A stretch of 64,000 nt of DNA from Felis catus (lineage: Eukaryota), in assembly GCF_018350175.1 (NCBI RefSeq), contig NC_058368.1, positions 183,088,001 through 183,152,000 on the forward strand, in the 5' to 3' direction. Below the pieces are notes generated by a model. It ran no database searches, was not told the DNA's origin, and saw only the letters and a list, made by a program, of their open reading frames with translations. Each line of letters starts with the position of its first letter. The stretch's first letter is position 1. The position numbers and the translations under genes are program-made. Positions 50,818 to 63,769 of the stretch are shown piece by piece.

Positions 50818-53800
50818 CATACCAGAATTATTCTTACTGCACTTTTCATCAATATCGCAAACTCATTTTTATACCTTATATTGTTTTATCGTTTCAAGTT
50901 TTTCACTCACTTGGGACATGACGTAACTCATAACCAAGAATTTTAGTTTTAAGCACTTTTACTACACTGGATGCTGATGTCACAGCTTTTAATTTTGGCA
51001 TTAAATCTAGAATAGAATCAATTCATTGTACAAATATAGTCAATCTTAAAGAGTAGTAAGATGCTATATTGTGGGTCATTCACGTTTATAGACTTGGGAC
51101 TATGCAAGTATGAAGTTGGTCAAAATTTACAATAAAAAATGTGAAAATAAATGAATAAATAAACAATTTAGCAAATTTAATCTTATGTTTCATTTCTCCA
51201 TTTTTATATTTTTATTACTGTTTATCAACACCCTCTATCTTTATTACTGCTCAACAATGAATGACCATTAATTTACATTATCGTATGGCTGCCTTTCATA
51301 AATTTTGCAGAGCTTGGCATGCAGAAATGTTGATATACTGAAACCGATGATAAAGAGAAGTCTCAATTTAGCAAGTTGTACTTGACAAAATGATTTTAAA
51401 ATGAGGAATTCACAATTGGGCTTATTTTTCCTTTCTGCTTTGATCATAGAAGCTATACCTATCATAAGATAGCTTTATTTGACAGATTATTTCCTAAATT
51501 TCTCATGATTTCTATGTGAATAAGGTGTGACATCTCTGGTGTGTTATTCACATACTTCATTGTTTTTTGAGCAACTATATTAAATAATTTCAAAGAAGAA
51601 AAAGAAAAAAGGATTACAAGTTCAAATTCTTGCAAAGACAAAGCAGTATCTTAAATGGGTGAAGAATGATTGCTACAGAGGAGAGATGGGAAAAGGAAGG
51701 AAACAGAAGGTGTCTGTATCCATTAAAAGGAAACAGCTACAATATAATTCTGGTCAATATTTTGCCACATGGAAACTGAATGCAGGCTCACTTTGATCAT
51801 GTCTTCAGGTTCTTGAAGAGAAGACAGATATTCTCACTTTATATTAAATCATCTAAAGTTTAAATGTTGCCAATAATAAAAGTTTTTAAACGTTATATAG
51901 AACCAACATGCATAATATAATATATATATAAGCCAAATACATAAACCAAATATATAAACCAAATACATATATTCAGTAGTAATTTTCAAGGACACTCCAA
52001 AAGAGATTAACTTGATGTTACCCCAGCCTTTGTTTTTTAAACTTAAATCCTTAGATAGGCTAAAACTAAGTACCTATCATTGATCAATAAAACAGGGTAC
52101 ATTTTTAAAAATGGAAATATCTGGAAAATAGGATTGCAGCACTTCATATGAACAAAGCCACGTTGGAAGTTGACTCGGAGGAGTATGTGTAAAAAGTAAC
52201 TGAAACAGGAAAAAAACTGACCTTAGGAATAATAGCAAACCTTAAAAAATTTGGTATTTGTTGACAATGTGCTTTGAGTTGGAAAATCCTGAGGTACACA
52301 TTATAGCATGTTAGAGACGTTTAAAAGGAGAGGGATTAGCAAATATTCACATACCAGTTTCTACACACTATTGGTTATGTCTGATCTTACAATGTATTAT
52401 TTTATTATGAAATTAAATTCTGTAAAAGTTTGCTTGCTTAACAGGACAACATTTTGCTTAAATATTGAAAGTGTGTGTTTTTTGCTTTTATTTTCTTCTT
52501 CGTAGGTGATTCTGAATGTTTGTTTTAAGAAACTACATCTGGTGAAATATTTGTTATAGAAAAATATCTGTACTCATTTAAAAATTTTAAGCTATGTTTA
52601 CCATAGTAGGATGATTTTATCCACACTTTGGATAATTAATTCACTAGGAAGTCTCTTATCTAGCTTTAATTAACTCAACCTGTATAAAGATACTGTGGGT
52701 TTGTTTTGTTTTTGTTTTAATTAGGATCATAGCTAATAGTATATTTTCTCTTTTAAACAAGTATTAGCAAAATGCAGCAAGTTTAACAAAATAGCTTTAA
52801 TGTATAATACTTAATCCCCATTTGTGACTGTACTTAAAAAGTCGATATGCACTGAGCATGTGATGGAATGATTAAAACATTTCAAACAGAAATCTGTTAA
52901 AGCAAACAGAATAATGACTATTCAAACAAAGGTTTGGTGTCAAGATGATGGGATGTAACAAACTAAATTATCTACTGGCAAACTATTCCTTAAATGTCAT
53001 ATTTAATTCTGACAAATTTTAAGATATTATAAATAAGAAAAATGTATTGCTAGTGACTGACTCTCTCCCTCTTTTCGTCCCTCCCTTCCTTCTTCTTCCA
53101 GGTCTTAGTTCTTTTTATTTTCTTCATAGAATCCCTTTGAAAATCTATCCTCCTTCCCCAGCTAGGTAGAGAAAAACATGACCCATCTGGGGCCAGAATG
53201 AAGCACCCTCTTTGTTTTGCCTTTTTTCCTATCTTTTTGATTTTCAACAAAATATTTGACCCTTTTATGCCATAGTATCCTCATATGTAAAATAGAAATA
53301 AAAGTTGTTCTTTTATCATAGAATCTCATTTAATCCTCTTAACAATTCTATGATCAAGGAACTACTCTTATTCCCAACAAAGTACATGACTTATAATAAA
53401 TGCTCAAAATACATTAGCTATTGATATTATAACTATTAACTGAAGTCACTATTATTATAATACTGTTTTTCTGATCTATAGGGAGACAAGTGAAACTTCC
53501 ACTAGTTGTTAGATAATCTGCAAGGGAGACTGGGTCTTAGGAAACCTGTTTGTTAAAGTTACCACACTGAGTATACTAAAGAGTGAATAGTGGAATTAAC
53601 TGACTATGCTCTTTTAGGTATACCTTAAAGGTATTCCTTAAAGAGCTCTTCAATATTATTACCTCATTAGGCAGATCCAGAGTCCATGTTTTCATTTATA
53701 TGGAGATGGTAGTGACATGCCCCAGGTAACTCTGTATGACTGTGAGCTAAGAATATTTTTTAATTGAAGTTCAGAGGTAATATTCACTTATGAAGTCATA

Positions 53801-53944
53801 AAAAAATCATAGATATTAAAAAGTGGCATAATGTTAAACATACATTTGGAGAGAGAATACTGGGCACATTTTCAAGTTAACAATGGACATTTTACTTTGT
53901 TGTTTATTCTCTATAAATTTTCCAAAAGTGCATTTGAAGTGGCT

Positions 53945-54022
53945 TAATTTACACTATTATAGTTATGATACAACATGGACTTGTAATTTACACCATTATA
54001 GTTATAATACAACATGGACATG
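53945..54022. repeat. 39-bp tandem duplication (2 copies)
   Basis: TAATTTACAC(T/C)ATTATAGTTAT(G/A)ATACAACATGGAC(T/A)TG occurs twice with 3 mismatches. Confidence 0.95.
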
Positions 54023-54945
54023 CAGAAAACCTCGTGCAACTTTTTTTGGAAATTGTTGTAGCAATCATTTATCCTCTGGATTAGTTTAACATTATTATAG
54101 GTGGAATGAGTGGCTGTACCATATTATAATCCGTCACCTTAATTCACTTCTCTAAAATCTCCAACATGTAATTTCGCTTCTGTTCTATTTCCCTTGGATA
54201 CCTATGCAACATGGCACCATATTCATTTTAGCAATTTTACCCGTTTAGAGTTTGGGGAATCAGGGAGGGTGATGATTGGTATAAAATTTGCTATATGCAA
54301 TGTCCCGCACCTCTCCAGAGATGATATCCAGGATCCTTATTCCTCATTTTCTTTCACTGAATCTAACTTTAACATAGTTATTGAACTCTTTCTTTCTTCC
54401 TAGTAGGTGGTATAGGTTTTACACTGGCACTCACTAAGGCCTCCTTTCATGCCAAGGAGATCATCTGATGGAATTCGGAGTCCTCCTTCCAGTGGAGTTA
54501 GAAAACATCAAGCATAGCTTTTTATTAGAACCAAAAACACTTTATATGCTAATAAATATCCTCAAACATATAACAATTTCAATAAATTTATATTAAGTAC
54601 TTAAGGGATTTTAATTTCAAATGTTACGTGATATTGATTCACTGAGTGACCACTGTGGAAAAAATGTAATCTAACAAATTGAACCTCTTTTCCTGTGGAG
54701 ATCCTGAAAGAACTATAAGTAGGAGGATTAAAAGTTGTGATTTTTAAGTAGAGGATGTAATTGATAATGTAATTATTAAATAAATTGAAAGAACAAAATT
54801 CTTCCCTTTCACTTTATGCTGCTTTGTCCTTGTCCTAATATGACTGGTATTAGAGTGAAGACCAGCAAAAACATGCAGTGGCCGAACAGGTCTATACATG
54901 AGGATCAGAATCAGTACCATACAGCAGCATTCAGAACCTATTGCG

Positions 54946-55196
54946 CAGTGTTTCTCAGACTTCTGTGAAAAAGCACCAGCTATTTTTTTTTAATTTCCTG
55001 TCAGTTGCATACTGATATTTTTGTAAATAAGTAAATTGCTACAAAAATGATCATGCATGTGAATACCACAGAAATGTCAAAATGCTATAAAAGGTTCTAA
55101 ATGGATAGTCTTAATTTCTTTATTCATTTCATTACAGATCAGCAACGAATAGTTTTTAGATTTCACAGCTAGTGGATCACATTTGAATGGAGAATA
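54946..55196. mobile_element. hAT-Charlie MITE (Charlie7a-like)
   Basis: Starts CAGTGTTTCTCAGACT, contains AATGTCAAAATGCTATAAAAGGTTCTAAA and ends …GGATCACATTTGAAT. Confidence 0.6.
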
Positions 55197-55605
55197 TGAA
55201 TATTTACGAAATGACTTCTGGTAAAGTAGGGTGCATGCTCCATGATTAGTTTTAAAAAACCCTCTCCAGAAGGGGAAAAAAACAAAAACAAAACAAAACA
55301 AAAACTTCCTACCACTAAAAAATAAACAAATTGATATTAATGTATGCAATGACTACATTAGAAAAAGTAGCACAACATGTTATTACTCACAAAAATATGT
55401 GACAACTTAAAAAAGTGATTGCCTGGCTTTTATCCATTTTGTTGATGGGCAAATGATCCTGGAGATGTTAAAAGAATTTTCTGAATCGGAATCCAGAGTT
55501 TTGGTAATTCATCAAATCGCCAGGATTTTTTTCCATTCTTCATTCCATTGACTACTGACTTTAGGAGAACACTCTCCCATATGCTAACTATAATGTCTCA
55601 TTGTA

Positions 55606-56104
55606 CAGCAGTCCCTCCTTATCTGCAGTTTGGCCTTCTGTGATTTCAGTTACCCATGGTTAACCATGGCCCAGAAGCAGATGATCCTCCTTCTGACATA
55701 TGGTCAGAAGGCCAACAGTAGTCTAACAGTACATCATAATGCCTACGTCATGCACCTCACTTCCCCTCGTCTCACATGGGTATTTTATCATCTCACATCA
55801 TCACAGGAAGAAGAATGAGTACAGTACAGTAAGATATTTTGAGAGAGAGACTAATTCACATAAGGTTAATTATGGTTAATTATGGTATATTGTTATAACT
55901 GTTCTATTGTATTATTAGTTACTGTTGTTAATTTCTTACTGTGCCTAATTTATGAATTAAACTTTATCATATGTATGTATGTACAGGAAAAAAAAAACTA
56001 CGCAGAAAACTATTTAGAGTTTGATACTATCTGTACTTTCAGGCATCCACAAGAGGTCTTAGAATGTAGCCCCACAGATAAAGGGTGGAGGTGTTACTAC
56101 ACTA
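55606..56104. mobile_element. Tigger2-derived non-autonomous DNA transposon (Tigger2a/MER8-like)
   Basis: TA then TIR CAGCAGTCCCTCCTTATCTGCAG, with a degenerate inverted TIR CCCCACAGATAAAGGGTGG…ACTAC and internal GAGTACAGTACAGTAAGATATTTTGAGAGAGAG. Confidence 0.8.
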
Positions 56105-56882
56105 CAGAATTTCTTTTAGCTTCCACCCAGTGCCTCCTTCCTCTGCATTATTAAGTGACTGGCACTCAGAGGAAAATTTACTTTTGAAAAAATAGTTCAG
56201 TTTCAAGTTTTCAAACCAAACCAATACTATTCTAAATCTCCTTAAAATCAACTCCAAAAATACAAAAATAAATTACTAAGGTTTGTGCCATGACCCTATG
56301 GCCATTCATAATCTGAATGTTCATGCTAAATCAATGGACTGTTTATTATTATTATTTCTATTAAAAAAACATGAATTCTGGATTGAAATCTTCCAAAAAA
56401 AATTTAGTTTTGATCACATATGATGTGGTTACTGAAAAAGAAAGATAAGATATATGTTTAAAATATAAAGTGTGATTAAAAGATTCTCAGGGATTATTGT
56501 AGTGAAATATTTCTTACGGTTGGCAGAGGAAAGGAATTCCTCTCATGTTAAAATAAAATACACAATAGACAAGTTTCAAGATGTAGTCTGCCAACTGGTA
56601 GTATTTTTATCAGTGAGAGAACTAGTAACCTGCTCAATAGATTCCAAGGAAGATTCATTAAAATTGCACCATAGATTTCATAATGCTCACTTTCTACTGT
56701 CATTGTGCTGGTTCATTCATTTCAGTGCAGTGCAAGGAAGCAGATGCAGGAAAAACATCTAATCTAGAACATCAATCAAAGGGAACTGTTAGACTTGACC
56801 AGGTGACATGCCTTTAAAATATCATTGGCATTCCCAAATAAAACAAAACAAAGCAAAATGAAATGAAACAAAACAAAACAAT

Positions 56883-57083
56883 GGGGGCACCTGGGTGGCT
56901 CAGTCAGTGGAAGACTTAGACTCAGGTCATGATCTGGTGGTTCATGGGTTCAAGCCCTGTGATAAGATCTGCACTGATGGTACAGAGACTGATTGGGATT
57001 CTCTTTGTCTCTCCTGTCTTTGCTCCTCCCCCACTTGTGTTTTTCTCTCAAAATAAATAAAATTAAATAATAATAATAATAAT
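56883..57083 (+). mobile_element. CanSINE preceded by an A-rich tract within the same TSD
   Basis: GGGGGCACCTGGGTGGCTCAG head. TSD AAAATATCATTGGCAT / AAAATACCAGTGGCAT. Confidence 0.9.
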
Positions 57084-57399
57084 AAAATACCAGTGGCATC
57101 CCTTTGACAATGATAAAAATTACCTGATTGAGTTAAATCATTGAGCAGAATCAGGGACTATTGAGCTTAGGACAAGTAGTATATTTTAAGTAATTATTTT
57201 ATGCCTCGGTTGTGTTAGAAAGCAAGCACCTGAGGGACAAACTATATTACCATTTAAGACAATATATTGCCTAAGTGGCATATTATTATTATTACAAAAT
57301 TATTTTTAAATAAAATATCATGTTTGCAGAAAATAAATCAGTAGCAAAGTTATCTATAACATGTAGACATTTTCAATTTTCCTTAAAATTCCAGAAATA

Positions 57400-57599
57400 C
57401 TTTTTTTGTGTGTGAGAGCAATAGTGAGAGCGAGACCAGGAGCGAGAGCATCCAACCACTCCCATGTGTGCGGGAGGGGCAGAGGGAAAGTGAGAGAATT
57501 TTAAGCAGGCAGGACTCAGGGCTCCATCTCAGGGCCCTGGGATCATGACCTGAGCTGAAATCAAGAGTTAGATGCTTAGCCAACTGAGCCACCCAGGTG
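57400..57599 (-). mobile_element. CanSINE (older carnivore subfamily)
   Basis: GGGATCATGACCTGAGCTGAAATCAAGAG…GAGCCACCCAGGTG. Confidence 0.9.
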
Positions 57600-58875
57600 A
57601 GACTTTCAAAGAAAAAAAACCTGATATTGAGGAAACCCAAATTCAGAAACCTTACTATGAATTTTTTCTTAATTGTACAGTTCTTCAGGCAAGGCTGAAG
57701 GTGATTTTCTTCCTTCTCCCTTTATTCCTTCTCCCTTTCACATTTATTGAGTACCTATTAACTACAGCACCTAAACTGGGTTTGCCATGGTTTTCTTGTA
57801 GGAATAAAAATGAGAACATTTTTGATCTATAAGCCCTCAGCCCCAGTGATTGAATTAGGTTGTTGGGTTACTCAACCTGTACACTAAGTTCTTCCTTGCC
57901 TTAGAAATATCTTAATGGAAAATGAGCCCATCATCCAGTCCCCAATTTCAAAGAGAGTGTTAACATTTTTGATGACCTCATTCTTAAAATCAGAAGCGCA
58001 GCACAGCTTTTGAATACATATGAGAGATGATTATTCTTAGAACAAATACATCAGAAATTAGAAATCTAAGTATATTAATGTATAAAGAGACATATTGAGA
58101 GATTAAATGTTTTCCAATGATGTTGCCTTTACTCAAAATGTATTTGTCATTTCTTAGCAAATAGCCTTCACAGTATATATTTAAATGTTTTAATTTTGTC
58201 TAAATATTTTTCCTTGAGTATTTCACTTTATGGAAACAGTCTAAGGTCATCCAGAACTAAAAGGTGAGTAATTCAGGAGACATAAAATATGGCTGAGGCT
58301 TAAAAAAATAATAATAATAAGGTTATATTATCTGCAATGAGATTTTTATTTAGGATCATAAATAGGTCAGAGACAATTGGACAAGGATTTCATAAATGTA
58401 TGAGATAATGGCAACAAAACTAGAAAACACCTAAACCTTATTATCATTATTTTTTGGAAGCATACTTTTTATTCGCACATTTATATTTAAAAATAAGGAG
58501 TATTAATCCCTCATTAGTTTAGAGTCACATGGATAAATGTGCATGAAGTCTCAGGTGTTATCATGTATATGACGAAACAGAACCTTCCATTACTTGAAGT
58601 TTTTAGGAGAATTCTGATTTCCAAGAAGGTGTGTGGTCCCAAACCAACCAGATATTTCCTGAGGGAATTAGGACCTGGTTAAAATGACCAGAGTAGGACT
58701 ATGCTATTAACTTGAAGTCCTTCATGTATAATCAAAACCATACTAGCTAGAGTTCAGTTAAAAGGATTAGAGTTCAATTAAAAGGGATTCAAATGCAAAA
58801 TGACAAGTCCAGTTTATATTAGTGATGCAGAGGTTCTATTCAGCAAGAAAGTCACACAATTAAAAATCACAATTA

Positions 58876-59187
58876 CCTCCTCTCTTCCTCTGCCCCTAGC
58901 TGACTCACACACTCTCCCTCTCAAAATAAACATTAAAAAATTAAAACAAAAACAAAAACAATAAACAATAAACGGGGCAACTGGAAGGCTCAGTCTGCTA
59001 AACATCGGACTTCAGCTCAGGTCGTGATCTCACGGTTTGTCGGTTCGAGCCCCCACATCCGGCTCTGTGATGGCAGCCCAGAGCCTGGAGCCTGCTTCGG
59101 AATCTTCCTCTCCCTCCCTCTCCTCTGCCCCTCTTCCGTGCAGGCGCGCGCGCACGCACCCATGCACACACTCACACTCTCTCTCTC

Positions 59188-59225
<38 letters not shown>

Positions 59226-59255
59226 AAAAAAAATAAATGTTAAAAAAATTTTTTT
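58876..59255 (+). mobile_element. Composite element: 5'-truncated CanSINE (58876-58973) plus full-length CanSINE (58974-59255)
   Basis: A CT-rich 3' half with tail is followed by a GGGGCAACTGGAAGGCTCAG head. One TSD, AATCACAATTA (58865-58875, 59256-59266), encloses both. Confidence 0.9.
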
Positions 59256-59270
59256 AATCACAATTAAATA

Positions 59271-59898
59271 GCTTTTTTTTTAGTTTACCAGGGTATTTCC
59301 AAGACTTTGTAAAAGTCCTATTGAATGTTGAGGTACATTACTAAAATTACTGTACCTTTTTAAAGAATGTATATTAATGGATAATTTTATGTTGAAATTA
59401 CTACACTTTTTTTAAGCGCAATAAAAAAAACTGGTTTGAAGAAAACATTATGGTAGTTATATAGTCTCAAATTACAGAACAACAGAGTGGATCATAATAA
59501 TTCTATTATTTGTGAGCACAATTGAGGAAGATTTGGTTGGAATAAAAGTTCAAAATTATTTCTAAATATGGTATACTAGTATTCAGTTCTATTAGAAGTT
59601 GTAGCCTAGTAAATATATCTTATGGATTCATGTAATTAAGTTAAATTTACTGCTTCATGGGTAAGTTTTGTTTAGAGATCAATACTCACACATGGAGAAT
59701 ACATGAAACAAAGAGCATATTTCTAAAATTGCTAGTAGCCAGTTAATAGTTTTTAAAAAAAGAATCATTGTATTTGATTACATGCAGACTTAAGATATAA
59801 ATTGCTTTTTCAGTTTACCAGGGAGTTTCCAAGACTATGTAAAAGTCCTATTAAAGGTTGAGATACTTTACTAAAATTACTGTACCTCTTAAAGAATG
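59271..59898. repeat. Spaced direct duplication of about 97 bp (59271-59369 and 59804-59898)
   Basis: AGTTTACCAGGG..TTTCCAAGACT.TGTAAAAGTCCTATT…TTACTAAAATTACTGTACCT…TAAAGAATG is present twice. Confidence 0.95.
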
Positions 59899-59904
59899 CA
59901 AAAT

Positions 59905-60250
59905 CCATTAAGGTCCATTGACATCAGCAAAGGAGATTAAGAAAAGACACTAGTGGAAAGAAGAGAGGAACAAAACCAAAGAAAATGGTGTGCTGGAAGC
60001 CAAGGACAAATGATGGGAAATGCTACTGATAACTACTATGTGGAATGGGATAACTGGATTAACTACTGTGTAGAGAACTGGTGGTCTTGATAAGATAGTT
60101 TGATGGAGATTTAAAGGAGACAGCCTGACTGGTGTGAGTTCTAGAGTATATGGAGAACATTAATTCTTTGGATGAATTTTGCTCTAAAATGGAAAGAAGT
60201 GAAGTGATAGTTAAAAAGCGAAGTGTGGTCAAGAGAAGGGTGTTTTGAGA
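59905..60250 (-). mobile_element. L2 fragment
   Basis: GGAAGCCAAGG and AGCCTGACTGGTGTGAGTTC resemble L2 internal sequence. Confidence 0.55.
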
Positions 60251-60254
60251 GCAA

Positions 60255-60256
<2 letters not shown>

Positions 60257-60291
<35 letters not shown>
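60257..60291. repeat. (TG)n microsatellite
   Basis: Read directly from the sequence. Confidence 0.98.
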
Positions 60292-60294
<3 letters not shown>

Positions 60295-61709
60295 GGGAAA
60301 AATTTGAGAGTATAAAATCATAAATATCAAAAAGTTAAAAAAAATGTTAGTCTCATACATATATATAGTGATAGTCAATTCTATTTAACTTACTAATGAG
60401 AGAACAAGCATCATGGTAAAGAAGATTCAGAAAAAGGAGAGCTTGGAAAAGAAGGAATGTGAGATAAGATTGCAAAGTTATACAAAAAGAAGATCAAATC
60501 TTATAGTAATTAAACTATAAACTTTGGGGTTTTATGTGTGGGGGTGTGATTTGTTGTTGTTATTTTGTTTTTGTTTACCTGTAGGATAGCAAACATTTGT
60601 ATGTTTCCAGATGAAAATAGTTCATAATTTATCAATCTTCTACAAATTAACATCAAACTTTACAGGTTGGGGGCCATAATCAATAGTAAATAGTACATCA
60701 AACAAAATTTTACCCTTTTAATAATTTATTTTAAAATGCACTAAAGATAAGATTAATAAATGGATAGACAGTGATAAAGAAAATTTCAACTTTTAATGTT
60801 GTGGGCTCTGCTCCTGGGATGTCAGGGAAGCTATATTTTTAACCTTTACCAAGGTCAGAATGACTTTACCAAATTTCCAAGTATAGGCTCTATTTTTGCC
60901 CCAAGCACACATTGTACATCAGCTTTGTTAGCAAATAACTTAAAAGAAACATTTCAAACATAAAGGTAAGAGTAAGAATCTCCCTAAGTTCCCATACCTC
61001 TCAAGCTTGCAACCTTGCACATACTAAAAGCATAAGATAAAATTTGTGTTTTTCTGGGTCTTATGTCATGATAATTTGTAGCTCTTGATGTAAGAAATAC
61101 ACAACCCTGTATTAAAAATTCCTTCTCTGGAACACTCTTTCCTGCAGATTGCGTATCCCAGGCACCTTTCCCGACCTGGATTCAAATAAAGGCATTTCTT
61201 TTAGAAAAAACCTAAAAGTTTTGTTCATTTGCATCAACAAAAGTGGGGTAGATTGGACTGATACGTGAAAAAAAATAAGTACAGTAAGGTACATGTTACT
61301 CACTGTAAAATTATTTTAATTTGCAATATGTTTGATAATTTTTAAAACTTTCTTAGGAAAAATACATCCCCAAGAGTTAGATGGTTCTTAAGCAAGATTA
61401 TTAGAAAATGCTCAGTGTAAGTTTAGGAAAGCACAAAATAATTTTACTTAATTTCCAAGTTCTTATAATTTTTTTAACAGAGAAAAATGAGAAAAATTGC
61501 TAGAGGAGAGATCAATACTCACATATACAAGAAGGGAAGAGATCCTATGCACAAATAAACACTTTGGCCTTAACTGCTATCACTGTTAATACACAGTATT
61601 CATTGAAGGCAGAATATTGGCACTAATGAAGGTAGTTCAGGATATGTTTTGGTGGGAGTTGTACAAATTCTCTTCTGAATGCTTGTTTTGGAAGCAAAGA
61701 TTGAGATTT

Positions 61710-61713
<4 letters not shown>

Positions 61714-61756
<43 letters not shown>
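61714..61756. repeat. (AG)n microsatellite
   Basis: Read directly from the sequence. Confidence 0.98.
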
Positions 61757-61759
<3 letters not shown>

Positions 61760-61760
<1 letters not shown>

Positions 61761-61900
61761 TGACAGTTGGGATGGTGGGAGACCAGCCAGCAGCCATGTC
61801 AGTTTTCACCTGTGTTCAATTGCGCAGGTGTAGGTGTGGTATAGGCAGTTGCATTTAAAAAGTTATAGTTTTGCCAAGTGACTATATAGACTACAAATGT
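61760..61900 (-). mobile_element. L2 internal fragment
   Basis: CAGGTGTAGGTGTGGTATAGGCAGTTGCATTTAA…GTTTTGCCAAGTGA resembles the L2 consensus as I recall it. Confidence 0.45.
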
Positions 61901-63769
61901 CCGTGTGATACAAAGAGAATAGCCTTTGTTCTGTGATGTTAAGTCTTAATAATTATTAATGATGAGAAATACAATCATTTTTACCTAGAAAGAAGCTAAA
62001 TTCAAGACAAAATTGAGATGCATGCATGTAGTGATCCATCTTTCCATTTCAGTTATTCAATCTACATTTTGGAAAAGATTCTCTGCCTTGTAAAATTAAA
62101 TAGTGGCAATGTTTCTACTTAAGGACACAGGTTTGGGTGTACCACATACATTTCACAAATAATGCTGACTTTTCTTCTCCATTAATACTGGTAGGAGCAC
62201 ATGAATAAGCTTGGCTTAGCAAGCAAAATAGGGATAATTATGTATCGTTCTATAGGTACAATATTAAATACAGAAACTGAGCTCTTGCAAAGTCACATGT
62301 ACAAACAAAATTTAGCCCACAAGTAAGACTAGAAAGTATCCAGAATGAAATTTCCTACTGGATTTTTATAATATATTGCATGAAACTTTGCATTTTAAGT
62401 GACTTTCTTTTTAAAACTCATTAGCTTTTAATTTAAATCTGAGAAATTATCATTTGTTGTACTTTTGCCTAAAAAAAATCAGCCTGTGTTATAACTTTAA
62501 CTGACATCCAAACTTTCTTTTCTTAGATGAATGCATTTAACTCCTCCTTGTTATTTTTTTTTAAATCACTTCATGCAAATTTAATGAAAAACTAATTACA
62601 GTTTCCTACCAAACAGTGTACTTAGGCAAATAGTAATTGTATTGGTCTGTCTTCTTTTCTGTTTCTCTGAAAAGTTGTGTTCCTCAAATGAATAATTACG
62701 TACAGAATAATTAAATGTTGCTGATATGGTCTACTCATCCCCTTTGTACACAAAAACACCAGAGTCGTCTTCCTAGAAATCTGTCTCCGTCATGTTGGAT
62801 AAGCTTACTGTCCATCACACAACTGGCATCAATTCACACTCATTTGCACAAGAATATAGTACTATATTAAAAGACAATTTTAATCACTGACAACCTGTGA
62901 GTCCATGTTCCATTATAGATTAAAAGGACCAATTATTTTTTTAAAGTAATGCTCTAATGGAAAGTCTTAGGAGTACACAGGCAGTATGGCTCTGTCTGTA
63001 ATCTAAGGTGTACTCTCAGAAGTTTGTAAACAATTTAGACCATCATAGACATGGCCATTGTTTTTATTTGAAAACATCTCTCTTGAAAAACCTGAGAAAT
63101 TATGACAACATTGCCCCTATCTGCACTTCCAACTCTGACATCCTCCAGCGCCAACCAGCTATTTGGACATGCAGTTAACTGGGTGTGGTGATGCCTCTGG
63201 CTCTGCTGGGATCTGTCAGAGACACGATAAAGGGGTTTCTTCTCAGAAGTGCTTGAGCAAGATGGGGGAAACACTAAGTTAGAGATAGGAACAAGAAAGC
63301 AGTGCATTCAGGTAAAAGTTTTCAAATTAGAAAAGTGTGGACCACTTGCAGAATGGTCACCTTTGATGCTTGAACTTTAACCTAAAATGATCAAGAATCT
63401 CCTTGAACCCCCAAAGTTAAAGACTGCTGGGTTTCCCTCTCTTGGGCTCGGGAGAGTGCCATTCTAAGGTATTATAGCTTCTCTACAAAACTCAGTCCTA
63501 AGGGACCTTTTAGCATCCACCATCCACAAGATACCTATATAGAACACTCCATAATAAGAACTGAGCCCAGTTAACAAGTGAAAATACCAGCCTATCGCAG
63601 GGATCCTAATAGCAAGATCAAAATCAGGTAGAATAATTGCAATATTTAGTGAAACAGAACTGCTAGAGGAGCAAGACCAATACCTAAAGAAAACAAAAGT
63701 AACAAAAACAGAAATGTATTTGAAGAGCACAAATCTTCTTCAACCTTCTCTGTCTCATCTCCTTCTTTC

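Noticed and set aside
51930..51968. Three 13-bp units AA(G/A)CCAAATA(C/T)AT, and other short repeats, as a CRISPR-like array
   Set aside because: They are simple tandem slippage repeats with no spacers, in a mammalian genome with no cas genes.
52480..52560. Strong-looking splice acceptor TTTTCTTCTTCGTAG
   Set aside because: No convincing downstream donor or coding frame. Such tracts are common in T-rich DNA.
61807..61830. Inverted E-box pair CACCTG…CAGGTG
   Set aside because: It falls within a probable decayed L2 fragment and has no independent evidence of function.
63035..63307. 90-aa minus-strand ORF in relatively GC-balanced unique sequence
   Set aside because: No recognisable domain, promoter or splice context.
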